Shown: positions 1 through 9,935, counted from the first letter of the stretch. The stretch: 64,000 nucleotides of DNA from Smithellaceae bacterium (GCA_963667845.2 CAXXVL010000002.1:160001-224000); one strand, 5' to 3'. A program made the numbers and translations. Notes: generated from the letters alone by a model not told the origin.

Positions 1-93
1 GTTGGCATCGTCGTCGGCGTCCTCAACGTATGGAAATATACGTTTCCGGCGCCTCCGCCTTGCCGCCGCGTTATCCTTTGAAATCGAACCGGT
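1..93. repeat. Palindromic intergenic repeat (truncated by window edge)
   Basis: Central hairpin AACGTA-TGGAAATA-TACGTT with GC-rich flanks. Architecture is similar to the element at 1953-2078. Confidence 0.45.
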
Positions 94-115
94 ATTAAAC
101 TCTAAGGAGACGAAC

Positions 116-1951
116 ATGGAATTCAAATACGACATCAGGGATTTGAAGTTTATATTGAAGGAGTGGCTACCGACCGGGGAGGTACTGGAATGCGAGCGGT
201 TCTCGGGCAACTTTACGCTCGACGACGTGGACATGCTGCTCAACGAAGGCTATAAAGTATCGAAGGAGATCGTGAACCCGATTAACGCGCCGGGGGACAA
301 GATCGGCGTCAAGTTCGAGAAGGGTGTCGTGACCCCTGTACCGGGCTTTCGGGAAGCCTACCAGTTTTTGCAGCAAAACGGCTGGGGCTCTTCAAGTGAA
401 TGCATTAAAGTGGAAACCGGCATGCCGCTGATTTTGTATAAGGCCAATGCCGAGATCAACACGGCCGCCTGCCCCGCTCTCACCTCCTGCGTGAAGCTGA
501 CCTCGGGCGCGGCTAATTTGATTCTACGGTTTGGAACCCAGGAAAACCAGGACATGTTCATCCCGAAGATGCTCGACGGCTCCTGGCAGGGGACCATGTG
601 TCTGACGGAACCGAACTTCGGCTCGGATACGGGCGATATCATTACCCGCTCTTATCCCACCGATGATCCCCGCATCTGGAAGATCAAGGGCACCAAGATG
701 TTCATCACCGCCGGCGACCAGGGAACCGGGGACAATACGATTCATCTGGTTCTGGCCAGACCCGAAGGAGCAGCAGCGGGATCCCCCGGCATCGGCCTTT
801 ATATTGTTCCCAAGTACTGGGTCAATGAAGACGGCTCGGTGGGAGATCTCAACGATGTCACCACTGTCGGGCTGGAACATAAGATGGGATTGCACGCCCA
901 GGCGACCGCCATGCTCAACTTCGGCGACGACGACAACTGCCGGGGCTTTATGCTGGGACCGGCGCCGGATGCGAAGGGATTTTCCCAGGGACTGGCCATG
1001 ATGTTCCACATGATGAACGAATCGCGCATCGGCACGGGACATAATGCCAACACCCAGGGAGCGGCGGCTTACTACTTTGCTGCCCAATATGCCACCGAAC
1101 GCATCCAGGGAAGACCCTTCGGCGTTAAGGGAGCAGAAAGAGTCCCCATCATCAAACACGAAGACATCAGAAGAATGCTTCTGGACATGAAAGCGCATGT
1201 CGAAGGCATCCGGGCCATGATCTTTAAGGGATTTTACTACCTGGATATCGAGAACAACTCAAAAGACAAGGAAAAAGCCAAGAAGTACGCCTCCTTTGCC
1301 GAGATCCTCACGCCCCTGGTCAAATGCTACGGATCAGAAGCAAGCTTAGGCGTCATCGCCCAGGCGATCCAGGTTCTGGGGGGCGTGGGTTACACCCAGG
1401 AATACCCCGTGGAACAGTACCTCCGGGATTCCAAGATTCTGACCATCTGGGAGGGCACCTCCTTCATCCACGCCAACGACCTGATCGGCCGGAAGATGCG
1501 CATGAAAGAAGGGGCCGCTTTTGGAGCCTGGATGAAAGACATTAAAGATTTTATTGATGCGAACAAAAATACCCAGGGCTTTACCAAGGAAATGGATAAT
1601 CTGGCCAAAGCCTACGAGGCGGCAGAAGAAGTCAAAGCCACCTACGATTGCTGGTACCTCAACATGGCCACCAAGAGGCAGCTGATTCCTCTCTATGCCA
1701 TTAAAGCGCTGTTTGTTTTTGCTGAAGTTTACGTGGCGATGTGCCTCATCGACCAGGCACTGATTGCGGCAAAGAAAGTGGCCAACTTAAAACCGGGAGA
1801 CGGCGATTATATATACTACCAGGGCAAGATTGCCTCGGCACGCTATTACGCCAACAACATTCTGCCGAATGTCCCCATGCTGGCCAACCTGATCAAGAGC
1901 GAAGAGGACACGGTGCTGACCTGTCCGGAAGAGGCGTTGGTGGTAAGTTAG
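116..1951 (+). CDS. Acyl-CoA dehydrogenase (long, ~600 aa type)
   Basis: Motifs GTMCLTEP, GTKMFIT, EHKMG, GGVGYTQEYPVEQYLRD and IWEGT. AAGGAG RBS precedes the ATG at 116; the ORF-track start at 2 runs through the repeat. Confidence 0.93.
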   Translation: MEFKYDIRDLKFILKEWLPTGEVLECERFSGNFTLDDVDMLLNEGYKVSKEIVNPINAPGDKIGVKFEKGVVTPVPGFREAYQFLQQNGWGSSSECIKVETGMPLILYKANAEINTAACPALTSCVKLTSGAANLILRFGTQENQDMFIPKMLDGSWQGTMCLTEPNFGSDTGDIITRSYPTDDPRIWKIKGTKMFITAGDQGTGDNTIHLVLARPEGAAAGSPGIGLYIVPKYWVNEDGSVGDLNDVTTVGLEHKMGLHAQATAMLNFGDDDNCRGFMLGPAPDAKGFSQGLAMMFHMMNESRIGTGHNANTQGAAAYYFAAQYATERIQGRPFGVKGAERVPIIKHEDIRRMLLDMKAHVEGIRAMIFKGFYYLDIENNSKDKEKAKKYASFAEILTPLVKCYGSEASLGVIAQAIQVLGGVGYTQEYPVEQYLRDSKILTIWEGTSFIHANDLIGRKMRMKEGAAFGAWMKDIKDFIDANKNTQGFTKEMDNLAKAYEAAEEVKATYDCWYLNMATKRQLIPLYAIKALFVFAEVYVAMCLIDQALIAAKKVANLKPGDGDYIYYQGKIASARYYANNILPNVPMLANLIKSEEDTVLTCPEEALVVS

Positions 1952-1952
1952 A

Positions 1953-2078
1953 CCGGCACCGGAAAATGGCCAGATACTTCGTTGCCCTTCAGCCCGCGTC
2001 GCTGCGGCGTACACAAAAGGTACGCCTCGCGCCTCGGGCTTCGCGCGCCTCGTCTCTGGACTCATTTTGCGATGCCGG
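1953..2078. repeat. Palindromic MITE-like intergenic element
   Basis: Terminal inverted repeat CCGGCACCGGAAAATG / CATTTTGCGATGCCGG (2 mismatches). Central hairpin GGCGTAC-ACAAAAG-GTACGCC. Confidence 0.65.
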
Positions 2079-2186
2079 AAATTTCTGAGAATGGAGAACC
2101 AAGGGGGTCACTCTTTAGTGGTGGCTGCAACTCCCTGCATTCATGATAGTCATAAAAGGAAACATCATTTCAGGAGAATAAAAAAT

Positions 2187-3371
2187 ATGAGAGAAATTTA
2201 TTTAGTGGAAAGTGTCCGGACGGGCATCGCCAAGGCCGGGAAGAACTCATGGTTTGCCAACCTGCGGGCCGACGACATGTCGGCGCTGGTAATGAATGAA
2301 GCCATCCGCCGGGCGGGGATTGAAGACAAGAAAGAAAAGATCGACGACGTCATCTGGGGCGGAACGGCCCTGATGAAAGACATGGGCTCCAACATCGGCC
2401 GGCTGTCCGGGATCATGGCGGGCCTGCCCTTCAGCGTCCCGGGCTGCACCGTGGACCGCTTCTGTTCCTCGGGGCTGCAGACGATCGCTTTTGCCGTGGC
2501 CTCGATCAACATGGGCTGGGCGGATCTGATCCTGGCGGGAGGCGCTCAGCACATGACGCACATCCCCATGGGCACCATGTCCGATCCGAATCCGAGGCTG
2601 CAGGAATTTACCGACCCGAAAATGGTTTCCATGGGCTACACCGCGGAAATGGTTGCCCGCAAGTATGGCATCACCCGCCAGGAGCAGGACCAGATGGCGG
2701 TGGAAAGCCACGCCAAGGCGCATGAAGCCACACAGAAGGGCCTGTTCAAAGATGAAATATTACCCATTGAAGCCGACGTCCCGCAGGAAGACGGCTCGAC
2801 CAAAAAGATGGTTGTCGACCGCGACCAGGGCATCCGCCCGACAACCACTCTGGAATCTCTGGCCAAGCTCGAACCGGTCTTCATCAAGGACGAAAAAGGC
2901 ACGGTCACGGCCGGCAACGCAAGCCAGACCAACGACGCGGCTGCCTGCGTGATTGTCGCCAGCAAATCGATGTGCAAGAAGCTGGGATTAAAACCCAAGA
3001 TGAAGCTCGTTGAGTTTGCGGTAGTCGGGGTGGACCCCGCTTACATGGGCATCGGTCCGGCCCTGGCCATTCCCAAAGCGCTCAAGAAAGCCGGCTTAAA
3101 GAAAGAAGATATCGGCCTGTGGGAAGTAAACGAAGCCTTTGCCGCGCAGGCGGTTTACTGCACCAAGGAACTGGGCATCCGCGACCACAAGCTCCTCAAC
3201 CCCAAGGGAAGCGGCATATCGCTAGGTCATCCGCTGGGCTGCACCGGAGCGAGAATCGCCACGACGATCATGCATGAGATGCCGCTCTATGGCGTCAAGT
3301 ATGCCGTTGAGAGCATGTGCATCGGCCACGGCCAGGGTGCGGCGGCTATCTGGGAGTGGGTGGGAAAATAG
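2187..3371 (+). CDS. Thiolase (acetyl-CoA C-acyltransferase)
   Basis: DRFCSSG, NEAFA, GHPLG and MCIGHGQG catalytic motifs. AGGAG precedes the ATG at 2187. Confidence 0.95.
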   Translation: MREIYLVESVRTGIAKAGKNSWFANLRADDMSALVMNEAIRRAGIEDKKEKIDDVIWGGTALMKDMGSNIGRLSGIMAGLPFSVPGCTVDRFCSSGLQTIAFAVASINMGWADLILAGGAQHMTHIPMGTMSDPNPRLQEFTDPKMVSMGYTAEMVARKYGITRQEQDQMAVESHAKAHEATQKGLFKDEILPIEADVPQEDGSTKKMVVDRDQGIRPTTTLESLAKLEPVFIKDEKGTVTAGNASQTNDAAACVIVASKSMCKKLGLKPKMKLVEFAVVGVDPAYMGIGPALAIPKALKKAGLKKEDIGLWEVNEAFAAQAVYCTKELGIRDHKLLNPKGSGISLGHPLGCTGARIATTIMHEMPLYGVKYAVESMCIGHGQGAAAIWEWVGK

Positions 3372-3898
3372 AAACAAGGCTATTTCCCGTAATGACCTAA
3401 CCACCTGATGACCTGAAGGTCACGCGAGGTGGCGCGAGGCTGCAGACTGTTAGGCTATTAAGTTTATTTTGTGGGGGCGGGATCTTGCCAAGCTACTTTG
3501 GTGGTTTCCCGCCCCTTTCAATAAGGAAGCTCCGTTTGCACAGCAACTTCTATTTAGCAATGTGCAAACAATTCAAGGCAATTCTAACTTTGCCGATTAT
3601 CGCTGCCACTGCAAATAAATGGCTGTGGATATTGTCAGAATGTTATTACTCTGGAAGCTGGCTGTTATGTACGAAGGCCGTTTCAATTTGACGGCAATGT
3701 GAAAAAATCTCATTTACACAGATTATTTTACAGTCTCTGGAATTACATTTCTGCTTTATTCAGTGATGCGGAAGAAACTAATCATCGGGATTTGTATTTA
3801 GTTCGTATAGCTTCCTGTAATCAATATTTAATTGCCGTATAAGGCGGCGTTTCCTGTATTCACCCCACAAAAAATAAGTTCTTATCAATAACGCCCCA

Positions 3899-4417
3899 TT
3901 ATTCATTGTCTCGCGCTGACCTATTTTTCAATACTAATCGCTTCAGAACATGTGGCGAAATGTATTTCCCAACAACCTCTTCCCACCCTTCAGGCCCAAC
4001 CAGTCCTCGGACTATGCTGGAACTAATTTCAATTATTTCCTTTGGTGGTAATAGAAACACTGTCATTATTTCAGAATTAAGTTGACGATTAACATAACTT
4101 AGAGATTTCTCATACTCGTAATCAGTAGTGCTCCTTATTCCTCTTAAAATGAATTTGGCACCTATGCTTTCGGCGTACTTAATAAGAAATTTATTTGGGT
4201 ATTTGTCAACAGTGACGTTCTCGTATCCTGCTATCGATTCTTGAAGCATTATAATTCTGTCTTCCAAAGAGAAATGGCACTTCTTGTCTGGATTTGTTCC
4301 AACAGCGATGACAAGTTTGTCAAAAAGGCTGGACCCCGTCTTAATCATCCATAGGTGACCAATAGTAACCGGATCAAATGTTCCAGCATATACCGCAATA
4401 CGATTCTGTTTCTTCAT
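3899..4417 (-). CDS. coaD: Phosphopantetheine adenylyltransferase
   Basis: AVYAGTFDPVTIGH, ILRGIRSTTDYEYE and ISSSIVRG motifs. Start MKKQ follows GGAG; the gene is visibly AT-rich. Confidence 0.93.
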   Translation of the reverse strand: MKKQNRIAVYAGTFDPVTIGHLWMIKTGSSLFDKLVIAVGTNPDKKCHFSLEDRIIMLQESIAGYENVTVDKYPNKFLIKYAESIGAKFILRGIRSTTDYEYEKSLSYVNRQLNSEIMTVFLLPPKEIIEISSSIVRGLVGPEGWEEVVGKYISPHVLKRLVLKNRSARDNE

Positions 4418-4697
4418 ACTTCTCTCCACAACAGCGATTCGAACAATTTTTAATAACACTACAACGACCTATGGTCAATAGTTGTGCAGGGAGAATTTAG
4501 GTGGCGATCCGTTTTTCTTCCATGCCGCTGACACGCAAGTGACTGATCGGACCTTTCGGGCACAGCAACACGACCACGAACAAATGCCAGCGGCGGGGCA
4601 AGGAACGGCTCTGCATGGCAGCCGATGGTTACGTGGAGAGCGCTGGTATAAAGGCCGAAGTAAAAGTGAAACGGGTGGCGGAAAAAACCTACGTGAA

Positions 4698-6224
4698 CTA
4701 TTTTCTGCCGAAACTAATTCCAAGCTTTCTCATCCGGTGCCTCAGCGTGTTCGGATTGATGCCGAGTAAGTCAGCTGCGCCTCCTTTTCCGTTTACCCGT
4801 CCACCTGCTTGATTAAGAATGGCTTGAATGTGGCGCGCTTCCAGCTCATCAAGCCGTTGCGTTACCGGCGCGTTGGCCGGTGCCCGCTCGTTTGACGGTG
4901 TTTCAAAGCCAAGGACATGATCAAACATCAGATACTTGCCCTTGGCGAGGATGATCGCTCTTTCTACCGCATTCTCGAGTTCACGTACATTGCCGGGCCA
5001 GTCATATCGCATCAGCCGGTCGATCTCGCCCGGGGAGAGAGTGGGCACGTCGGACAGTACCATCTCTTGCGCTTTCTTTTGGATAAAATGTTCGACGAGG
5101 ATGGGTATGTCGTTCTTCCTTTCACGCAGCGGCGGCACCTTGACAGGAAAGATATTCAAGCGGAAATAGAGGTCTTCCCGAAACTGCCCAGAGTTCACCA
5201 GACTTTGCAAATCCGTGTGCGTGGCCGATATGATCCGCACGTTGACCTTAATGGTTTCCTGGCCGCCGACACGCTCGATTTCCTTTTCCTGCAGCACGCG
5301 CAGGAGGCGGACCTGGACCTGCGGCGGAAGTTCGGATACCTCATCAAGAAAAATCGTTCCTCCGTCGGCCCGCTCAAAACGACCGCGCATCTGCGCAATC
5401 GCCCCAGTAAAGGCTCCTCTTTCGTGCCCGAAGAGTTCGCTGTCGATGAGAGTCTCCGGAATAGCCCCGCAGTTGACTTTGATCAGCGGGCTGCCACTTC
5501 GATGCGAAAGTTCGTGAATGGCATTGGCGATAACTTCCTTTCCGGTGCCGGTTTCTCCCACGAGAAGCACCGGGCTCAATAAAGGAGCCACCCGGTGGAC
5601 TTTCTCCATTACATCCTTCAGACCGAAATCAGCCCCGACCAGTGTTCCTCCGATGCCCTTTTTCAATTCATTTTGGAGATAGCTTTTGTCATCCGCGAGA
5701 AGGTCCTTGACCCTGATAACTTCGCGGTACTGTAAGTGATTGGCGAGTGCGATCGCTGCTGGTTCGTTCACCAGCGCCCATACTCTTAAATCTTCGTCGC
5801 TGTATCTTTTCTCTCCCTTCACAACGGCAAGAAAAGATCCTACGTATTTTCCTTCAATCATCAGGCGATTGACCAGCACTGAAGAACGCGGCCATCTGCG
5901 GCGTTCGGCCAAACGGCGAATAATGGGATCTCCTAAGGCGTTGTCTAATTTTCTGACTCGTGGAAACCTTTCGGTATCTTGAATCTCTTGCGGCAGCAAA
6001 GGTGTGAGCGGGATTTCTTCCGGGGTAAGATGCGCGCCGCGCGAATCGGCCGTCGCAACATTCTTCATACATTTTATTTCCGGATCATATATCGTGAAAA
6101 TTAATTCATCAACGGGCATAACTCCGCTTACGTATTCGAAGCACGAAAGTAACGCTTTGTCGATCTCCAGACTTCCGCAAATGCGAATGGAAACCTCCCG
6201 GAAAAATTCATTCTTGTCGATCAT
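4698..6224 (-). CDS. Sigma-54-dependent enhancer-binding protein (GAF-like - AAA+ - Fis HTH)
   Basis: GETGTGKE, ELFGHERGAFTGA, FLDEV, FREDLYFRL and WPGNVRELEN motifs. C-terminal HTH GAADLLGINPNTLRHRMRKLGI. Confidence 0.95.
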   Translation of the reverse strand: MIDKNEFFREVSIRICGSLEIDKALLSCFEYVSGVMPVDELIFTIYDPEIKCMKNVATADSRGAHLTPEEIPLTPLLPQEIQDTERFPRVRKLDNALGDPIIRRLAERRRWPRSSVLVNRLMIEGKYVGSFLAVVKGEKRYSDEDLRVWALVNEPAAIALANHLQYREVIRVKDLLADDKSYLQNELKKGIGGTLVGADFGLKDVMEKVHRVAPLLSPVLLVGETGTGKEVIANAIHELSHRSGSPLIKVNCGAIPETLIDSELFGHERGAFTGAIAQMRGRFERADGGTIFLDEVSELPPQVQVRLLRVLQEKEIERVGGQETIKVNVRIISATHTDLQSLVNSGQFREDLYFRLNIFPVKVPPLRERKNDIPILVEHFIQKKAQEMVLSDVPTLSPGEIDRLMRYDWPGNVRELENAVERAIILAKGKYLMFDHVLGFETPSNERAPANAPVTQRLDELEARHIQAILNQAGGRVNGKGGAADLLGINPNTLRHRMRKLGISFGRK

Positions 6225-6263
6225 AATGCCGCCTTCTTTCTATTTGTCATATAAGCATTTTCA

Positions 6264-6386
6264 TATGAAATTACCATATGTGTCAAGAGTATTTTGACGT
6301 ATATGGTAATTGCTACAAGGTCATTGGTCATTTTCTTATGAAATTACCATATGCGTCAAGAGCATTCTCTCATATATGGTAATTGC
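6264..6386. promoter_or_regulatory. Two 50-bp direct repeats, each a long palindrome; probable activator-binding sites
   Basis: Copies at 6264-6313 and 6337-6386, each AATTACCATAT-N21-ATATGGTAATT, starts 73 bp apart. They lie between the activator gene and a sigma-54 promoter. Confidence 0.75.
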
Positions 6387-6402
6387 GACTTGGCCATTAT
6401 TA

Positions 6403-6415
6403 TAAGATATTGATA
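6403..6415 (-). promoter_or_regulatory. IHF-binding site
   Basis: TAAGATATTGATA is the reverse complement of the WATCAANNNNTTR consensus. It lies between the repeats and the -24 element. Confidence 0.6.
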
Positions 6416-6432
6416 TTTAACGATATTATTTG

Positions 6433-6448
6433 TGGCATGCTTTCTGCT
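6433..6448 (+). promoter_or_regulatory. Sigma-54 -24/-12 promoter
   Basis: TGGCATGCTTTCTGCT with exact GG-N10-GC spacing, divergent from the activator gene. Confidence 0.8.
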
Positions 6449-6459
6449 AAGAAGAGGGC

Positions 6460-6774
6460 ATGAGATGGTTGGAAGAGATAAGATTGAGGACTCAGCCTCA
6501 AAAGGAAAAGGAAGTAATCGAAATACTTTTGGAAATGGCTGAGTCCGTTCATGAAAATAAGGAGTTGGGATTGGTGTCAGTCTCGGTCTATTTCTATAAA
6601 GCTCAACCGGGCGGCTTCAGCTTAATCCTTCAGTGGAATACGGCATCTACAGCTATCCCGATGCACGGAAGCGATACGGCGATGCTCATCCTCGAAGGAA
6701 TCAAGTCTCTTGGTCTATTTGACCACACTGTCATGGTCGAGAGCGGCAAGACGGTCAAAGTCAACTTTGATTGA
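6460..6774 (+). CDS. Hypothetical protein (104 aa)
   Basis: Clean ORF immediately downstream of the sigma-54 promoter with protein-like composition. No motif recognised. Confidence 0.75.
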   Translation: MRWLEEIRLRTQPQKEKEVIEILLEMAESVHENKELGLVSVSVYFYKAQPGGFSLILQWNTASTAIPMHGSDTAMLILEGIKSLGLFDHTVMVESGKTVKVNFD

Positions 6775-6856
6775 AGGAAGATTATTTAAGGCGAGATAGG
6801 AGGGCAACCATTGCGACGAAGCAATGGTTTATCGAATCAAAAAAAGGAGATCCAAG

Positions 6857-8341
6857 ATGAGATGTAAAGGTAAGAGCGTTTTAGTTTTTTTATGTGTCTT
6901 TTCGATTTTCTGTCTGACAATCTATGGCCCGTCTGCGGCCATGGCCCAGAAATCCGAAAAGAAGGCAAAAGTGGTTAAATCGGATACATTTGAAACCTGG
7001 TCCAAACCGAACGCAAAATTTGATGCCAATAAGATGGGCGATATGTCCGGCTTTAATCCGGCCAAGTGGGTAAATCCCGAGGGTGACACGGTTAAGATTG
7101 CCGTCGTCTGGCCCTTTTCAGGTCCTGGCGCACTCAATGGCGAACTGGCGTGGGCTTGCATAACTTTTGCCGCATACGACATTAATCAGCGCGGCGGCAT
7201 TCTGGTCGACGGCAAAAAGAAAAAGATTGCTTTGTTCAAGGCGGACAGCATGTCCAAGCCGGATCAGGGTAAGAAGGTCTGCGAACGTATGGTCCTCCAG
7301 GAGAAGGTCCATGTCCTGCTGGGCACTTCGGGAAGTAATATCCAGAAGATCATCAACGAAGTGGCCAACAAATACAAAGTCATTGGCGTGAATATCGCTG
7401 CACTGTCCGATGACCTTCAGGATGCGACAAACTTCAATCGTTATTCCTTCATGAGCTCCGATACCACGGACTCCATCGGCCGCGGGATGGCCTATTATTA
7501 CGGTCAGATTCGCAAGAAAGAAAAGAAATTCTATATCCTTTGCCAGGATTACTCCTTTGGCCATGGAATGGCCGAAGGATTTAAGCATGGTCTGAAGGAA
7601 TACTTCCCTGAAGCGCAAATCGTGGGAGAGGACTACCATAAGCTTTTCCTAACTGATTTTGCCCCTTATCTGACCAAGATCAGGGCTTCGGGCGCGGAGG
7701 TGGTCTGGACCGGCGACTGGCTTCCCGATTCCGGAAACCTGCTCAAGCAGGCTCGCCAAATGGGGATAACAATCCCTTTCGCCAATCTCTATCTGGATGA
7801 ACCCAATATGCTCAACGAAATCGGTGTGGAAGGAACCAGAGGACTGGTCAATATCACACACTATGACAAGGCAGGACCTGCTTTTACATCTCCCGGCGTG
7901 ATTAAGTATTACAAGGCGTGGAACGATGGGTGGAAAAAAGGATGGAAGACAGCCCCGTACAATAGTCAGTTATTCCGTCATCCAGCGGGCACAATCGGAC
8001 AATGGCAGCAACAGACTTATTGGCTTTTGAGCGTGATCGAACGGGCCGGCAGCACGGACCCTGAAAAGATCATCAAGGTTTGGGAAGGGGATACGTATCA
8101 GTGGGTCAATGGCCGGATCATCAAGATGCGGGCATGCGACCATAAGGCGATTCAGGGCTTCCGGGTAGCCGAGTACGTGCCGCCCGCGGAACAAAAGGTA
8201 TCGTTCAATATGCCTCCTTACCATTGGTATGAAAATGCATCGAATGTCGGGCCGTCGTGGGAAATCCCGGCCGGCAAGGTTCTGCCCCTCATGGATCGGA
8301 AACTGGATCGGTGTAAGGGTAAGAATGACTGGGGGCAATAA
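6857..8341 (+). CDS. ABC substrate-binding protein, LivJ/K-like (orphan)
   Basis: Signal peptide, VKIAVVWPFSGPGA, DINQRGGI, QDYSFG and DFAPYLTKIRASGAE. AGGAG RBS precedes the ATG at 6857. Confidence 0.88.
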   Translation: MRCKGKSVLVFLCVFSIFCLTIYGPSAAMAQKSEKKAKVVKSDTFETWSKPNAKFDANKMGDMSGFNPAKWVNPEGDTVKIAVVWPFSGPGALNGELAWACITFAAYDINQRGGILVDGKKKKIALFKADSMSKPDQGKKVCERMVLQEKVHVLLGTSGSNIQKIINEVANKYKVIGVNIAALSDDLQDATNFNRYSFMSSDTTDSIGRGMAYYYGQIRKKEKKFYILCQDYSFGHGMAEGFKHGLKEYFPEAQIVGEDYHKLFLTDFAPYLTKIRASGAEVVWTGDWLPDSGNLLKQARQMGITIPFANLYLDEPNMLNEIGVEGTRGLVNITHYDKAGPAFTSPGVIKYYKAWNDGWKKGWKTAPYNSQLFRHPAGTIGQWQQQTYWLLSVIERAGSTDPEKIIKVWEGDTYQWVNGRIIKMRACDHKAIQGFRVAEYVPPAEQKVSFNMPPYHWYENASNVGPSWEIPAGKVLPLMDRKLDRCKGKNDWGQ

Positions 8342-8360
8342 CTCGTTAATAAAGAAGAGC

Positions 8361-8402
8361 GCATGGTGCATGACGCCAGTTCCCCTGCGTTGTGCACTAT
8401 GC
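8361..8402 (+). terminator. Long stem-loop downstream of the binding-protein gene
   Basis: GCATGGTGCATGACGC pairs with GCGTTGTGCACTATGC (G-U allowed). There is no U-tract, so it may be a stabilising hairpin instead. Confidence 0.4.
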
Positions 8403-8741
8403 CTCACTCTAACAAGAATGGTCCTGTCAAAGGTGCGACAACCTCAATGTATTTAGGACAGGAATTACAGGGACGTGTTTACGGCTTGGACTAGGGATTA
8501 TCAGTGACCTGCTACGAAAGCGGGGGAAATTAATAAATCAGAAGCTATGATACAACTTTCAGAAATTCATGTTTCCCAATGATTTCCTTTAGGGAGGAAA
8601 GTAGTTGGATCCGGTGTTTCTAAGGTTAGAACAAGATTTACAAAAATCAAAGAAGAATAGGAAATGTCTGGTTCGGAACATTGCATTAATAATAAGAAGA
8701 AGAAATTATTAAATTTTTATAAAATATCATGAGGTAACACA

Positions 8742-9890
8742 ATGAATTTTGCACCAACAGAAGAACAATTAATGGTTAGGGACATGGTCCGGAAATTTGC
8801 CGAAGCGGAAATCAAACCGATCGCAGCCGAACTGGATCACACCCATCGCCACCCCGAGGAAATTTGCAGGAAGCTCGGCGAAATGGGCATCATGGGCGTA
8901 TCGGTTCCCACGGAATACGGCGGAGCGGGCATGGATAATGTGACGTACGTCATGGCGATGATCGAGATCTCCAAGGCTTGCGCAAGCTGCGGCGTCATCG
9001 TCTCCGTCAACAATACATTGTATGGCCATCCGGTTAAAACCTTCGGGACGCATGAACAAAAACTGAAATTCCTCACGCCTGTCGCCGGTGGCCAGGTCGA
9101 AGGCTGCTATGGCCTTACCGAAGCCGGAGCCGGCTCCGACGCGGCTGCGCTGCGCTGCAAGGCGGAGCTCAAAGGTGACAAATACATCGTCAACGGGACG
9201 AAAGTTTTCATTACCAACGGACCGGTGGCCCGTTACTGCGTTTTGGCGGCCACAACCGATTTGTCCCTGGGCTACAAGGGCGTCATCAATTTAATCGTTG
9301 ATTTAAAGGAAACCCCCGGATTCAAGGTCGGCAAGATCGAAGAAAAATTGGGCATCCTGGCTTCCGGCACCTCGGAACTCGTGTTTGAAGATGCGGAAAT
9401 TCCGGCGGCAAATCTCCTGGGCAAGCCCGGGCAGGGTTTTCAGCAGATGATGGCGGGCCTCAATGCTGGCCGCATCGGCATCGGTGCGCAGGCCTGCGGT
9501 ATCGGTCGCGCCTGCCTGGAAGATGCGTTAGCCTACTCCAAGGAACGTATACAGTTCGGGAAACCCATCGCCTCAAACCAGGTGATTCAGTTTAAACTTG
9601 CCGATATGGCGACTCAGCTGGATGCAGCGGAATTGCTGCTTTTGCGGGCGGCCTGGATGGAAGATCAGGGCATGGATTTTGAGAAGGAGTCCGCCATGTC
9701 TAAATATTATTCCTCCGACGTCGCGATGAATGCAGCGATCGAATGCGTGCAGATTTTCGGCGGCTACGGCTACGTGAAGGAATACCCGGCGGAGCGTCAT
9801 ATGCGCGATGCCAAGATCTGCCAGATCTATGAAGGCACCAACGAAATCCAGCGCGTCGTCGTGGCCAGAAAACTACTCGGACAGAGATAG
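8742..9890 (+). CDS. Short-chain (butyryl-CoA-type) acyl-CoA dehydrogenase
   Basis: GCYGLTEAGAGSD, NGTKVFITN, EEKLGI, ERIQFGKPI and GGYGYVKEYPAERHMRDAKICQIYEGT. Confidence 0.95.
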   Translation: MNFAPTEEQLMVRDMVRKFAEAEIKPIAAELDHTHRHPEEICRKLGEMGIMGVSVPTEYGGAGMDNVTYVMAMIEISKACASCGVIVSVNNTLYGHPVKTFGTHEQKLKFLTPVAGGQVEGCYGLTEAGAGSDAAALRCKAELKGDKYIVNGTKVFITNGPVARYCVLAATTDLSLGYKGVINLIVDLKETPGFKVGKIEEKLGILASGTSELVFEDAEIPAANLLGKPGQGFQQMMAGLNAGRIGIGAQACGIGRACLEDALAYSKERIQFGKPIASNQVIQFKLADMATQLDAAELLLLRAAWMEDQGMDFEKESAMSKYYSSDVAMNAAIECVQIFGGYGYVKEYPAERHMRDAKICQIYEGTNEIQRVVVARKLLGQR

Positions 9891-9935
9891 CATTCAAAGC
9901 AAGATTGACGCAAGACAGAGTTAATGGAGTAGATA

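Noticed and set aside
4482..4812. Short ORFs between coaD and the activator
   Set aside because: They overlap the activator 3' end on the opposite strand and have no clear RBS or recognisable motif. At most a gene remnant.
8669..8685. Possible sigma-54 promoter TGGTTCGGAACATTGCA
   Set aside because: GG-to-GC spacing is 11 nt rather than the required 10.
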